Source of the DNA: a plasmid
Sequence record: NZ_CP024587.1
Length of the DNA stretch: 64,000 nucleotides
Direction: 5' to 3' (one strand)
Position numbers and translations under genes: made by a program. The notes under the pieces were generated by a model. That model was not told where the DNA came from, did not search any database, and worked only from the letters and a program-made list of their open reading frames with translations. Position 1 is the first letter of the stretch; each line of letters opens with the position of its first letter. Shown in pieces: positions 26,881 to 37,240 of this stretch.

Positions 26881-27434
26881 CCGCCCCTCGGCCAGAAGCC
26901 CTCGGCCGTGCGCAGATAGGCGCCGGCCGGGGCCAGCCGCCGCGTCCTCAGCTGCCAGTTCGCCCAGGCGTTGCGGAAGGCCAGCACGAAAAAGGCGGCG
27001 CAGAAGGGCAGGAACTGCAACGCCGCCCAGAACCGTCCGCCTCCGCCCGCCGGCATCGCCACCATCTGCCAGACCCACAGGAGCAGGGCGATCCAGCCCG
27101 CCGCGAAGCAGCCCCACGCGACCCGAGCCGTCTGCCGCCGCCTCTCCTTCCAGCGCTTCTCCAGCTCGAACTCGGTGATGCCCATGTTGAACGCCGTGGC
27201 CACCGGATCGAGATAGCCCCGCGCGTCGGCCACCGGCCCGCTCTGTCGTGCCGGTCCCCGCCGGATCGCGCCGCCCAGCCCGCGCAGCAGGCCATATCCC
27301 GAGCGGATCTCGCTGGCGCCAGCCATCTCGCCCGTGCGACGCGCCATCCAGAGAGGGCCGGCCGTCAGCCAGGCCAGCCGAGAGCGGCGGGCGGGCTTCT
27401 GGCCCGAAAGGCCGGGGCCGAGGTCAATGGCCAT
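26877..27434 (-). CDS. Membrane protein, hypothetical (possibly IcmV-like)
   Basis: Two adjacent TM helices (WGCFAAGWIALLLWVWQMVAM...FLPFCAAFFVLAF). 4-nt overlap with the downstream gene. Confidence 0.35.
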   Translation of the reverse strand: MAIDLGPGLSGQKPARRSRLAWLTAGPLWMARRTGEMAGASEIRSGYGLLRGLGGAIRRGPARQSGPVADARGYLDPVATAFNMGITEFELEKRWKERRRQTARVAWGCFAAGWIALLLWVWQMVAMPAGGGGRFWAALQFLPFCAAFFVLAFRNAWANWQLRTRRLAPAGAYLRTAEGFWPRGG

Positions 27435-27437
27435 GGC

Positions 27438-28640
27438 TCAGCCCGCCGTCGCCGAGGCGAGCACCGCCTCGATGTTGGTCGGCATCCCGTCCACCCGCCC
27501 TTCGGTCCCGTCCGCCTTGCGCCAGATCAGGGTGGGCGTGCCGCGCAGCGCGATCGCGGCCGCCGCGGCCGTGTTCTCCCGCAGGCGGGCCGGCGCCTCG
27601 GGGCTGGGCGCCGAGCGCAGGTCGCCCCGGCTCCACGCCGCGACCATCCCCTCCGCCGAATGGCTTAGCATCGCCAGAGCATCGGCCGTGCTGCGTCCGG
27701 CATTGGCGTGGTCGAGGATGGCGACCGGGATCACGGACAGCCGCAGGCGGCCGGCCGCGACCAGCGGCTGGAACCGCTGCAAGGCCTGCACGGAGTAGCC
27801 GCATTGCGGATCGACGAACATCCAGACATGCGGCGCGGCCTCGGCGCCGACCACCCCGGCATGCGCCCGCTGGGCCACCGCCAGGGGGCTGGCGGCAGCC
27901 GCACCGGATGCAGCGGCGGCGACGATGGGCACCGCAGCAGGCGGGGCCGGTGGTGCGCCAGCCGGCACGTCCCCGATCGTGACGGTCGGGATCGCTCCCT
28001 CGATGCCCGCGACGTGATCGCGGGTGAGGTTCCTGCCGGCCGCGTCCCACATGATCCCGGGGATCACCCGCTCGCCATCCGGGGTGGCGTAGAACACCTG
28101 AAAGGTGTCGCCGCTGCGCAACACCAGCCCACGCAGCCCCTCCCGCTCGCCCAGATCGGTCACGCTGGAACCGCCGGTCGCGCGCAGCCGGGCCAGGGTC
28201 AGGTCCATCGGGAAGCCCGCCACCATCGCCTGGCCGGAGGGCAGGACGGAGAGCAGCATGAACTCGGCGCCCGCGCGCGCCACCACCAGCCGGAGCCCGT
28301 GGTTGAGACCCATGTCCTCCAACGTGGCGCCTGCTTTGACGACCCGCTGAAGGACCGGCGCCGACAGGCCGGCACCGGTCGCGGCGGCAGTCCGCGTGGC
28401 ATCTGACGGAGCGGTGGGTACGGCCGCGGGCGATGCCACGGGCGCGGATGGGCGGGGCGTGGCGGCGCCATCGCCGGACGGCCAGGCTTGCGGCGTGGCT
28501 GGCATGGGCGCCGGCAGCGTGAAGGCCGGGGGTGGCGGCGGAGGCTGTCCGCTGCCGGCCTGCGGCGCGCACAGCGATTGCGCGAGGGCAAGGCCGGGAA
28601 GTCCCGCGCAGGCGCAGGTGGTCAGGAGGATGCGTCGCAT
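27438..28640 (-). CDS. DsbC/TrbB-like periplasmic thiol:disulfide isomerase homolog with monothiol CGYS active site
   Basis: Signal peptide, DsbC-like dimerisation region, thioredoxin-fold motif VWMFVDPQCGYSVQALQ (canonical ...CGYC...). Codons TGC GGC TAC TCC verified on the minus strand at 27803-27792. Confidence 0.7.
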   Translation of the reverse strand: MRRILLTTCACAGLPGLALAQSLCAPQAGSGQPPPPPPAFTLPAPMPATPQAWPSGDGAATPRPSAPVASPAAVPTAPSDATRTAAATGAGLSAPVLQRVVKAGATLEDMGLNHGLRLVVARAGAEFMLLSVLPSGQAMVAGFPMDLTLARLRATGGSSVTDLGEREGLRGLVLRSGDTFQVFYATPDGERVIPGIMWDAAGRNLTRDHVAGIEGAIPTVTIGDVPAGAPPAPPAAVPIVAAAASGAAAASPLAVAQRAHAGVVGAEAAPHVWMFVDPQCGYSVQALQRFQPLVAAGRLRLSVIPVAILDHANAGRSTADALAMLSHSAEGMVAAWSRGDLRSAPSPEAPARLRENTAAAAAIALRGTPTLIWRKADGTEGRVDGMPTNIEAVLASATAG

Positions 28641-28673
28641 GAATGCCCGTCCGGTTCTGATGACCGGACGAGG

Positions 28674-29477
28674 CTAGGCGGGCCCCATGCGAACGGGCCC
28701 GCCGTTCGGTCCGGTGTCCCAGGTCCCGATCCCGCCGTCCGCTGCGTCGAGGAGGTCCTGCACCGCGTCGATCAGGTTCAGCTGCAGCGGCAGGAAGCCC
28801 GGCATCGCCTCGAAGGCATCGCGACGATCCAGACAGGAGCCGATCAGCGTGGCCAGCGCCACGGCACCCGTGACGGTTCGGGGAATGGTCAGGGCGAGGT
28901 CGGCCAGCAGGCCGTGAAGGCGCAGCTCTTCTTCCGCGTAGAACGCTTCGTCCGGAACGGCTTCGACGAGTTGGAGCGCGTCCCGGGCCAGCGCGACGAG
29001 GTAGGCATCCCGCGAGGCTGCCCTCTCCGTTTCCCTGGCCGATGCCGGCACGGCGGCCAGCCGGGGAAGCAGGTCGCGGACGCTGCTCGCATAGGTCCTC
29101 GCGAGGTCGGCCAGTGGCTGGTTCGCTTCCCCTTCCTGATGCGCCGTGACGAGAAAGAGCAGGATCTCGCAATAGCAGCGCAGCCCTGCCGGGCTCGCCG
29201 GAGCCAGGGCGGCCGTCCGTTCGATCAACCGGGTCCACTGGCCCTGGACCACGATCTGCGCCTCGTAGGCAGCGCCGTAGGCCCTGTCGTCCGGTATCCG
29301 CTCGGCCTCGTCCAGACGAAGCAGGCCGTACACACAGGCCTTCTCCAGCGCCACGATGTTCCGCAGATGCTGCCGCAGCGCCGTGGCGTCCGGCTCAACC
29401 GCCTTCGGCTGGCAGCGGTCATTCCCCCCGGCAACCTCGTTGGTTGCACCGGACGGAGATCTCCCACGCAGGAACAT
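28674..29477 (-). CDS. Hypothetical alpha-helical protein (267 aa)
   Basis: ORF with high GC3; no recognised motif. Confidence 0.35.
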   Translation of the reverse strand: MFLRGRSPSGATNEVAGGNDRCQPKAVEPDATALRQHLRNIVALEKACVYGLLRLDEAERIPDDRAYGAAYEAQIVVQGQWTRLIERTAALAPASPAGLRCYCEILLFLVTAHQEGEANQPLADLARTYASSVRDLLPRLAAVPASARETERAASRDAYLVALARDALQLVEAVPDEAFYAEEELRLHGLLADLALTIPRTVTGAVALATLIGSCLDRRDAFEAMPGFLPLQLNLIDAVQDLLDAADGGIGTWDTGPNGGPVRMGPA

Positions 29478-29530
29478 CCTAGGCGCGGTCCCCGCCGCCG
29501 GTAGAGTTGCCGGAGCCGGTGGTGCCGGCG

Positions 29531-29920
29531 CTACGCTTTGTGGCCGCCTGCCCTGGCGTACCGTCCCTCGACCCGCAGCACGATGTCGCCCTGGTAGTCA
29601 AGGTCCACGCGCAGCAGGGACATGAGCCGGTCGAGGCTGCGGAACGTCCGCTTGCGGGTGGGATAGGCCACATGAAAGGCGTGCCAGTCTGGGTGCCAGC
29701 TACCCACCACATAAACCGAGTAGACGGTGCTGCCGCCTTCCAGAGCCTTGCCCTCGACCAGCACCGAGCGGAGATAGCCCCCGCGCCGCAGCCAGCCACG
29801 GACCTCGGGATAGGTAACCGGCAAGGGCCCTGGATCGGCCTGCTGTTCGTCGACGGACGCATGACAACAACCCTTGGTGTCGGCACCGGATTCCCGGTGG
29901 TTCTGCTTGCGTCCCGTCAT
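29531..29920 (-). CDS. Hypothetical protein (129 aa)
   Basis: ORF; no recognised motif. Confidence 0.3.
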   Translation of the reverse strand: MTGRKQNHRESGADTKGCCHASVDEQQADPGPLPVTYPEVRGWLRRGGYLRSVLVEGKALEGGSTVYSVYVVGSWHPDWHAFHVAYPTRKRTFRSLDRLMSLLRVDLDYQGDIVLRVEGRYARAGGHKA

Positions 29921-29996
29921 CGCGCCAGAATGGCGGAAGGACAGGAGGGGTGGCTAGGGGCGGCAGACTGGCAGGCTGCCCCGCTCAATCCTCGCT

Positions 29997-30392
29997 TTAC
30001 ACATCGGCCACCGCTTCCAGCGCCATCGCGAGATCCGGATAACGGCGGCTGTTGCCGTCGAACTCGTCGAGTTGCCAGCCCTGGGCGACCGGATAGGCGA
30101 TCCAGCCAGGCACACCGTCCGGCTCGCCGATCTCCACAACCCCGGCGCCCGCGGTGCCCAGGTCGCGCATCCTGGCGTGCAGGCCCCAGGGCGCTGCCCC
30201 ATGGTTCCAGCGTGCGATTTCAGCGCGCTGCGCGTCCCGGATCGGCCTCTCCCTTGCGATATGCTCGCCAAGGGCGGCGGGATCGACGCAGTACAGATCG
30301 TAGAGGTTTGCGCTGAGGCCAATTCGCACATTGTTGGCGTGGCGTTTTTGCCGTCTTGCACCGAATGGCCAAAGGTCGAATAGGGCTCCCAC
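29997..30392 (-). CDS. Hypothetical protein (131 aa)
   Basis: ORF followed by an AT-rich intergenic region. Confidence 0.3.
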   Translation of the reverse strand: MGALFDLWPFGARRQKRHANNVRIGLSANLYDLYCVDPAALGEHIARERPIRDAQRAEIARWNHGAAPWGLHARMRDLGTAGAGVVEIGEPDGVPGWIAYPVAQGWQLDEFDGNSRRYPDLAMALEAVADV

Positions 30393-30519
30393 TGCTCATC
30401 TCGCTTCTGCGTGCTTCGCCTGTGACTTGCCTAGCTTGACGCGCTTCGGTTGAGCAACGACGTAGATGATACGTCGCTAGATTGTACTTTCATCAAAATG
30501 AGTATTTTCTGAGGATCGC

Positions 30520-31854
30520 TTGTGCGTTTCATGCGTTCCACTCAGGTCGATCGCTGGCTCGGTGCGCTGCCTGGTGGGAGATCATGAAATGGCGCGTGCG
30601 TTATTAAGGAACGTCTGGAAGAGAGCCGCCTGTCCCGCCACAGATCACGAAATCGTGACCGTCTACGGACGCGGATCAACCGCGCAGGAGGCGGTGCAGC
30701 GCTGCGACGACGCCCTTCGCCAGCAGACCCTGGCCGCACCCACCCTGTTGCTGGTGTTCATTGGAGGCAAGCACAATCCCGGCGCGATGCTCTCGACACT
30801 GAGGCAATACTTTCCGGGCGTGACGGTGGTGGGCGGATCGGCGGCTGGCGTCATCGGGGCCAGCGAACTCGGTTATAGCGGCCTGGAGGTGGGCATCGTC
30901 GCCTTCTTCAATGCCGCGACCACTCCCCGGGTCCACACCACCCATGCCCTGGAGGAGAGCGACTACGACGGCGGCCGGATGCTCGGCGCCGCCGCCCGCC
31001 GCGAGCACAACGACAGCTCGGTCGTTCTCCTGCTCTACGACAGCGTGCGCTCTTTCGAGCCGCGCGAGTTGCATGTCGCGGGCTCCGTCCTCGAGGGCTT
31101 CGAGAGTTGTTGGCGCGAGGATGGCTCGGTCGTCGGCGGCGGCCTGCTGACCGATCTCAACCTCACCGACAGCTGGATGCTGCTCGATGGCGCGGTCCAC
31201 CGGCATGCCGCCGCGGCCCTGGTGTTCCCGCCCTGCGTCACAGCCACGACCGTGGTACTCCGAGCCTGCCGTCCCGTGAGTACCTACATGACGATCACCC
31301 GCATCGGGGGCGCGGAGGTGTTCGAGCTCGACAACCGCCCCGCGCTCGAGGTCATCGAGGCGCGCATCGGCCAGCCCCTCATCGACGCCGCGGGCCACCC
31401 CAACCGTATCATGACGCTCGGCGAGAAGCTGGACGATCCCTGGGAGGACGGCGGGCCCGACGACTATGTCAACCGCCTGATCCTGACCGGCAACCGAGAC
31501 ACCGGCAGCATCACCCTGTTCGAGCCCGACTTCGCCGAGGGCGCCATGGTGCAGCTCATGCAGAACGACAACGAGCTCATGCTGGCAGCGGCCCGCGACG
31601 GTGCCGTTGCCGCGATGCGGGCTGGCGCGGATGCCGGCGAGGCGATCCTGCGCCTCTACATCGACTGTGCCGGCCGGGCCAGCGTGATGAGCGGCACCGA
31701 CGAGGAGGAGGCCAGCGTGGTGACGAAGACACTGATCGACCGGGTGCCCTTCATGGGCTTCTACTCCGGCGTCGAGATCGCCCCGATCCGCCAACGCAGC
31801 CAACCCCTGGATTGGACTGGCGTCCTGACGACGCTGAAGGTGCAGCGGCCGTGA
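30520..31854 (+). CDS. FIST-domain signal-transduction sensor protein (FIST_N + FIST_C); true start possibly at 30589
   Basis: ...TVYGRGSTAQEAVQRCDDALRQQTLAAPTLLLVFIGGKHN... (FIST N) and ...VPFMGFYSGVEIAPI... (FIST C). Confidence 0.75.
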   Translation: MCVSCVPLRSIAGSVRCLVGDHEMARALLRNVWKRAACPATDHEIVTVYGRGSTAQEAVQRCDDALRQQTLAAPTLLLVFIGGKHNPGAMLSTLRQYFPGVTVVGGSAAGVIGASELGYSGLEVGIVAFFNAATTPRVHTTHALEESDYDGGRMLGAAARREHNDSSVVLLLYDSVRSFEPRELHVAGSVLEGFESCWREDGSVVGGGLLTDLNLTDSWMLLDGAVHRHAAAALVFPPCVTATTVVLRACRPVSTYMTITRIGGAEVFELDNRPALEVIEARIGQPLIDAAGHPNRIMTLGEKLDDPWEDGGPDDYVNRLILTGNRDTGSITLFEPDFAEGAMVQLMQNDNELMLAAARDGAVAAMRAGADAGEAILRLYIDCAGRASVMSGTDEEEASVVTKTLIDRVPFMGFYSGVEIAPIRQRSQPLDWTGVLTTLKVQRP

Positions 31855-32888
31855 ACCCGCCGGTGCCGCGTGCCTCCTTCGAGCGTCAGTTCCTCTACTA
31901 CCGCCGGCTCTGCGCCTCGCTCGGCGAGGATCTCCAGCGGATGCAGGACGAACGCACGCGCCTGACCGGCGAGGTCCGGCTGCATCAGCTGCAGGCGCGC
32001 TTCGATCGCGACTTGTCCCATACCGCGGCCTACGCGCTCGACACCGAGCAGCTGATGGGGCGCCTCCTCGAGTTGCTCGCCGAATACATGCTCTGCACCA
32101 AGGCGCTGATCCTGGCCGAGCGGGCGACCGGCAAGGGCGAGTTCGCCGTCGTCTCGGCGCTCGGCTGTGACGAAGACACCCGACATCTGGTCTTCGAGGT
32201 GGGCGAGCCGCCCACCGTTGCGCAGATCCCTGGCGACCATGGAACGCCGGCCAGTATCCGTCAGGCGCTGCTGCCGCTTCTCGATCACCTCGGCGGCGGC
32301 CCGATGGTCTGGCAGTACGATGCCGACAGCGGCTATGCGCTGGCCATCCTCGGCGGCAGCGGTCCCGCCGGGCAGATCTTTCGCCAGCAGGGTGCCGAGC
32401 TGGGCCATACCGCCCTGACCGGCCTGATCCACGGCCTCTGGCGGATCCGCAGCCTGGAGCGGCAGCCTCCGGTTCGCCCTCCGGCCCCGTCGCCGGTGGC
32501 GACGGAGGCGGCCGAGCGCCCGGACCGCAACGAGCGAACAGCGCCCCGGCGCATGGATCCGGCGAAGCCGGTCATCCGCGAGGGCGACATTGCCGAGGGG
32601 ATCAGGAAGGGTGGCGGCATCCGGGAGGTGGTGGTGCTGGGGCAGGACGACGGCGAATACCTGGTGCTGGTGCGCCCGAGCTGGGCGGCCGGCTTCCGGC
32701 GGGTGACCACCTATCGGGGCCTGTCGGACCGGAGCTTCCGGGACCTGAACCGCCTCGTCACCTTCGTGCGCAAGGCCTGCCGCTTCCCGGGCAGCATCGT
32801 CCTGCTCGACATCCATGCCCAGGAAGCCCGGGCACTCCGGCCGGGCGTGCCACACCTGGTCCACAGCAACGAGGCGCATGCCCGATGA
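31850..32888 (+). CDS. GAF-like domain protein, translationally coupled to the FIST gene (GTG overlapping TGA)
   Basis: VNPPVPRASFERQFLYYRRL... start. GAF-like segment ...DTRHLVFEVGEPPTVAQIP...LLPLLDHLGGGPMVWQYD...ALAILGG. The upstream 247 aa of ORF 31107..32888 are rejected. Confidence 0.45.
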
Positions 32889-33517
32889 GCGTTGCCACGT
32901 CCCCCCAGACTTCTTGGGCCAAGCGGATGGGTTCCGGCCGCCGGGCTTCCCTCGGTCAGCCCGGCCTGTGGCTTCGCCTGCCTGCGGCCCTGTCCTGCTG
33001 CCTGTTGCTGCTCGCGGCCTGCCAGGCGCCTGGACGCACGGTGTCGCCGAGCGTGGGCTCACCGCTCCCCGGCGACACCTCCATCGGCATGGCCGCCGTT
33101 CCGGAGGACGCCCGGACGGCGCGCGCCAGGGTCGGTGTGACCATGATGGTCAACAACACCATCCGCGACTTCACGGCGGCCTACGATCGCCAGGGCATGA
33201 GCGGCGTCATCGCCGCCATCGACCAGTGCTACGTCACCGCGATCTCTCCTCTCCGCACGCCCCAGGACGTCCGGGATTGCCTCGTGCTCGACATGGTGGC
33301 CTTCCGCATCGACAACGCCGCCTCCGGCAACGGCCCGCCCGGCGGACCGCAGCAGATACCCTACTTCCGGAAGGCCGCCGCGGCCCGGCGCTGGGACCGC
33401 TACGCCCCGTTGGGCAACCTTGCCCGCGGCGAGGAGGCCGCCAGCTTCATGACGAATGCCTCCGAGCTCGTCCTGCAGGAGTACAATCGCCGCCGTGCCG
33501 CGCCCCGGGTGAGATGA
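32885..33517 (+). CDS. Lipoprotein (210 aa)
   Basis: Lipobox LLLLAAC; 4-nt overlap with the previous gene. Confidence 0.45.
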   Translation: MSVATSPQTSWAKRMGSGRRASLGQPGLWLRLPAALSCCLLLLAACQAPGRTVSPSVGSPLPGDTSIGMAAVPEDARTARARVGVTMMVNNTIRDFTAAYDRQGMSGVIAAIDQCYVTAISPLRTPQDVRDCLVLDMVAFRIDNAASGNGPPGGPQQIPYFRKAAAARRWDRYAPLGNLARGEEAASFMTNASELVLQEYNRRRAAPRVR

Positions 33518-33520
33518 GCC

Positions 33521-33889
33521 ATGCGCCCCCTGCTTCTCGCGGCGGCGCTGCTCGCTGCCTCCCCGGCCTGGGCGCAGCGTCCCATCCCGGACGTCGACAA
33601 CAGCCCGGGCCTGCAATGCTGGGGCATCCGGGGCGGTCCCTCGGCGCAGGTCTTCGTGTTCGCCGCGCCAGACACCATCGCGGAGAAGATAGGCCGCGTC
33701 AGTTCCTGGACCGCCGTCACCGGTCCCGCCCGCAACGCCTTCCTGCCGGTGGAGACCCAGACCGGCGTGCGCGGCTGGGTGATGAAGGAGAGCATCGAGC
33801 GTGGCCGCTGGATCGGCATGAAATGCGTCGCCCGCCGCGACGAGCGCGGCCATGTCTACTTCGTCTACGGCGGCCAGCCGCCGCGCTGA
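33521..33889 (+). CDS. Small secreted protein (122 aa)
   Basis: Signal peptide MRPLLLAAALLAASPAWAQ. Confidence 0.45.
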   Translation: MRPLLLAAALLAASPAWAQRPIPDVDNSPGLQCWGIRGGPSAQVFVFAAPDTIAEKIGRVSSWTAVTGPARNAFLPVETQTGVRGWVMKESIERGRWIGMKCVARRDERGHVYFVYGGQPPR

Positions 33890-33896
33890 AACACGC

Positions 33897-34796
33897 TCAG
33901 GCCGAGGCGGCGGGGCTGTCCAGGCCGAACAGCCAGGCCCGCCAGGCCAGCCCGGGCTCGCTGTCGGCATCGGTCACCGAGGCAACCGGGAGATGCAAGC
34001 GCCGGCGCTTCACGGTGGCCAGGTCGTAGGGAGCCGCGTAGGCCTCCCGCAGCGCGATGCTCGCCGGCTTGTCCCGGAACACCGACAGCAGTTCGATCTC
34101 TAAACCGGGGAAGCCGAGGCGCCCCTGGTGGTCCAGGTGATCAAGCAGATCCTGCCCGAGCAGGACACCGGGCACGTCCTCCGTCGTCTGCGACATCAGC
34201 GCCAGCGGCTCCCGCGGGTCGGCCGTGTCGATGCAGAGCCAGTCGCCGCCGGCCAACGGCATGACGGGGAAGCCCCGCTCCAGATAGCCGAGCAGGTGGC
34301 GTGTCCTGTCCCGTCCCCTGGGCGTGTCATGCGGGTCCGGGGCGCGCCAATCCCGCAGGCTCCCGTGCCATTCGTGCCAGTTCGAGGCCACCTCGCCCAG
34401 GCTGATGCGGATCTCGCCCCGGTCGGCCAACGGTTCGGAGGTGTTGTATTTCTTGAGATGCAGGCAGAAGCGCGGCGGCGGCTTCAGGTCCAGCATGCTC
34501 AGCACCACTCCCTCCACGTTCCGGATTTCCGTAACCGGCAGCGACCATTCGACGGCCAGGTGGGCGGAGGTGCCCAGGAAGAAACCGCGCAACGTCGCTG
34601 GCAGAGGCCGGCCGATCTGCGCCTCGACGGCCGCTACCTCGGCCTCGCCCGCCGGCGGCGCGCATTCGGCCAGGACGGGCTCGCGCTTCCCGCCCCGGCG
34701 CACCAGGCCTAGCCGGGCCGCAGCCGCCTGGAAGGCATCGAGATCCTTGCGGATGCGCTCCCCCTGTGGCCGGTCCTGGCTGTTCTTGCTTGTCAT
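33897..34796 (-). CDS. Hypothetical cytoplasmic protein (about 300 aa; start at MTSKNSQ)
   Basis: The protein-like part of the 474-aa ORF begins at M176. The upstream part is Gly/Ala junk. Confidence 0.35.
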   Translation of the reverse strand: MTSKNSQDRPQGERIRKDLDAFQAAAARLGLVRRGGKREPVLAECAPPAGEAEVAAVEAQIGRPLPATLRGFFLGTSAHLAVEWSLPVTEIRNVEGVVLSMLDLKPPPRFCLHLKKYNTSEPLADRGEIRISLGEVASNWHEWHGSLRDWRAPDPHDTPRGRDRTRHLLGYLERGFPVMPLAGGDWLCIDTADPREPLALMSQTTEDVPGVLLGQDLLDHLDHQGRLGFPGLEIELLSVFRDKPASIALREAYAAPYDLATVKRRRLHLPVASVTDADSEPGLAWRAWLFGLDSPAASA

Positions 34797-35299
34797 CCGG
34801 ACCTCCCGATCTCGCCGCACAGGGTGTACGAACCGCCTGCAAACGTCCAAAGGCGAAGACAGGACCGGTCCCCCAGCTGACCAGACAGAACCCGCTACCT
34901 GTTGAACGGGGGCGAGGCAAGGCAGTAGCGGTTGCCGAAGGGGCCGGAGGCTCGCCATTCGCAGGGCCCAGGTCTCACTCGGAGCGGCATCGACCGTTAG
35001 GAGACCACCATGGCCGGCCCCTCCGGGGCGTCCGACGACGCCTCGTCCTCCGATTCTGCGACCAAACCCCGATGCTCCAGCGCCGGAAGCCGAGGCGCTT
35101 CCGCCAGCATCGGCCCATGAACCGAAGCCGCTTTTCACGCTCTGCCGTGGCACCCACGGAAAGACCCTGTTCACATGCCGGTCAGTGACCGCGCCAGACA
35201 GGCCGGTTACGGTATCTTGGTCGGCCGTGCGGACCGCACCTGTCCCAGCCTCTCGGTCTACATCGAGAATGTCACCGCCCAGCCGAGTGCAGGCACCAC

Positions 35300-36400
35300 T
35301 AAGTACTGTGTCGGAAGTCATGCGGGATGTGCTCCGATGATCGAGAGGGCACGTTCAGGTGACTGGTTGAGGCTGTCAAAGAAGGTGCGAGTGGCATCGA
35401 GGAGGGCGTCGATGCTTTCGTAGAGTTCGCAGTGCGTGACCTCCCGGCGGTAGTGCCGGCACAGCATCTCGACCGGGTTCAGCCAGGGACTGTAGGTGGG
35501 AAGGTAGAGCAGGACGAGACGGCCTGCAGCGCCACGCAGCACGGCTTCGACTTCGTCATCCTCGTGGGTGCTGGCGTTGTCCCAGGCGACGGTGACGGTG
35601 CCATGCGGATGGCGCTGCAGAAGGGCCTTCAGCAGTTCGGCGACTTCGCGGCGCCGCTTGTGGCGGCGCGCGATGACGACGGCCTCGCCGGTGCGCCACT
35701 CGACGGCGCCAAGGCCGTAGCGGCGTGTTGGTTGAGCGGGCGTCGGCACCATGACCTGCCGCCCTCTGGGAGCCCAGAGGGCCCGCAGGGTCGGGAGCCA
35801 ACTGATGTTGAACTCGTCGGCGTAGTAGAAGGCATCGCCCTCGTTCAGGCTGCTGCGGGCAGTTTCGAGCGCCCCTTTTTGAGGGCATATTCCGGATCAG
35901 GGCTGGTGATGCTGTGCTGCGGTCGGCTCAGCGCCATGCCGCCTTCACGCAGCAGGCGACAGATGCTCGGCGTGCTCATGCGCACCCCGGTCAATTCCGC
36001 CAAGTGGTCGGCCAGACGCGCCGCCGTCCAGAGCGAGAAGGGCAGACCCAGCGCGCGTGGGCGGGAGCGCGCGATCTGGAGCAGGCGTTCGCGGTACCCC
36101 GACGTAGCCTTGGCGGGTGCACCCGCTCGGGGTGCGTCCGACAACCCCTCCACGCCCTCTGCCTGATAACGGGCGAGCCAGCGACGCACCGTTTCCTCGT
36201 CCTGGCGAACGATCGGCGCGATCTCGGCCGCCACCATCCCCTGCTCGGCCGCGAGCAGGATCATCTGCGCCCGTGTCCGCACCCGCACGTCGTGTGTCCG
36301 GCGGTAGAGTTCGTCCAACTCCTGCAACTGCTCCGCCGATAGCGTGTCCAGGCTGATGGGGCGCATGGCAACCTCCAAACCCTCACGCCCTCAACGTCTC
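35300..36400 (-). mobile_element. IS630-family insertion sequence (orfA 35845..36378, orfB 35318..35752, frameshift between them)
   Basis: orfA HTH (…LSAEQLQELDELYRRTHDVRVRTRAQMILLAAEQGM…). orfB DDE core (VTVAWDNASTHEDDEV...LLYLPTYSPWLNPVEM). Boundaries approximate. Confidence 0.7.
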
Positions 36401-36419
36401 TCATCCCATATTAGGGCCT

Positions 36420-37240
36420 GTTGACGATCATCGTGAGGCGATGATGGCCGCGGCGAGGTTGATGCTGGCGCGAAAGCTGGTGTCAGTCTTGTCGTAGCGG
36501 GTAGCGATCGCGCGGAACTCCTTGAGCTTGGCGAAGAAGTTCTCGATCAGGTGCCTCCAGCGATAGGCATGGCGGTCAAAGTCGAAGTGGCCTTTGCGGT
36601 TGGCCTTGGGTGGGATCACGGCGATGGCACCCCGGATGTCGAGTTCGGCCCGAAGCCAGTCGGCGTCGAAGGCCCTGTCACCGAGCAGGGCACCGAAGGC
36701 GACGCCCTCAATCAAGGGCGGCACACCGATCGTGTCGTGGCGCTGACCTGGCAGCAGGACAAAGCGTGCCAGGTTGCCGAGCCCATCGATGAGGGCGACG
36801 ATCTTGGTCGTCAGGCCACCACGCGAGCGGCCGATGGCCTGATTTTGAGTCCCCCTTTTGCGCCGCTCGCCTTCTGGTGGGCGGTGACGATGGTGCCGTC
36901 GATCAGGGCGTACTCGAAGTCCGGCTCGTCGGACACGCGTTCGAAGATGCGGTCGAAAACCTCAGCCCGTACCCAACGGCGGAAGCGCTGAAACACGCTG
37001 TTCCACTTTCCAAAGCCCTCCGGCAGGTCGCGCCAAGGCAGGCCCGTGCGCACCCGCCACAGCACCGCCTCGAGGAACAGCCGGTTGTCCTTTGCAGTCA
37101 CGCCGCTGTCTGAGGCTTTGCCAGGTAACAGCGGCGCGATCTTCTCCCAGACCGCATCGCGCACCCCAAACCGATCCTGATCCATCCTGCCGCCGCCCCC
37201 CAAAGGCGGAGTTGAATCACAGCTGAGCGGCAACAGGAAT
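36420..37240 (-). mobile_element. IS5-family (IS427-group) insertion sequence with orfA (36811..37185, DUF4096) and orfB (36428..36724, DDE) in different frames
   Basis: WRDLPEGFGKWNSVFQRFRRWVRAEVFDRIF (orfA) and ...AVIPPKANRKGHFDFDRHAYRWRHLIENFFAKLKEFRAIATRYDKT (orfB). Typical frameshifted arrangement. Confidence 0.7.

Noticed and set aside
31107-32888. 593-aa ORF overlapping the FIST gene
   Set aside because: The first about 247 aa overlap the FIST CDS in another frame and are Arg/Pro-rich. The protein-like part begins at the GTG that overlaps the FIST stop (31850).
33897-35321. 474-aa ORF (minus)
   Set aside because: The N-terminal 175 aa are Gly/Ala/Arg junk overlapping the adjacent region. 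The real gene most likely starts at MTSKNSQ (34796).
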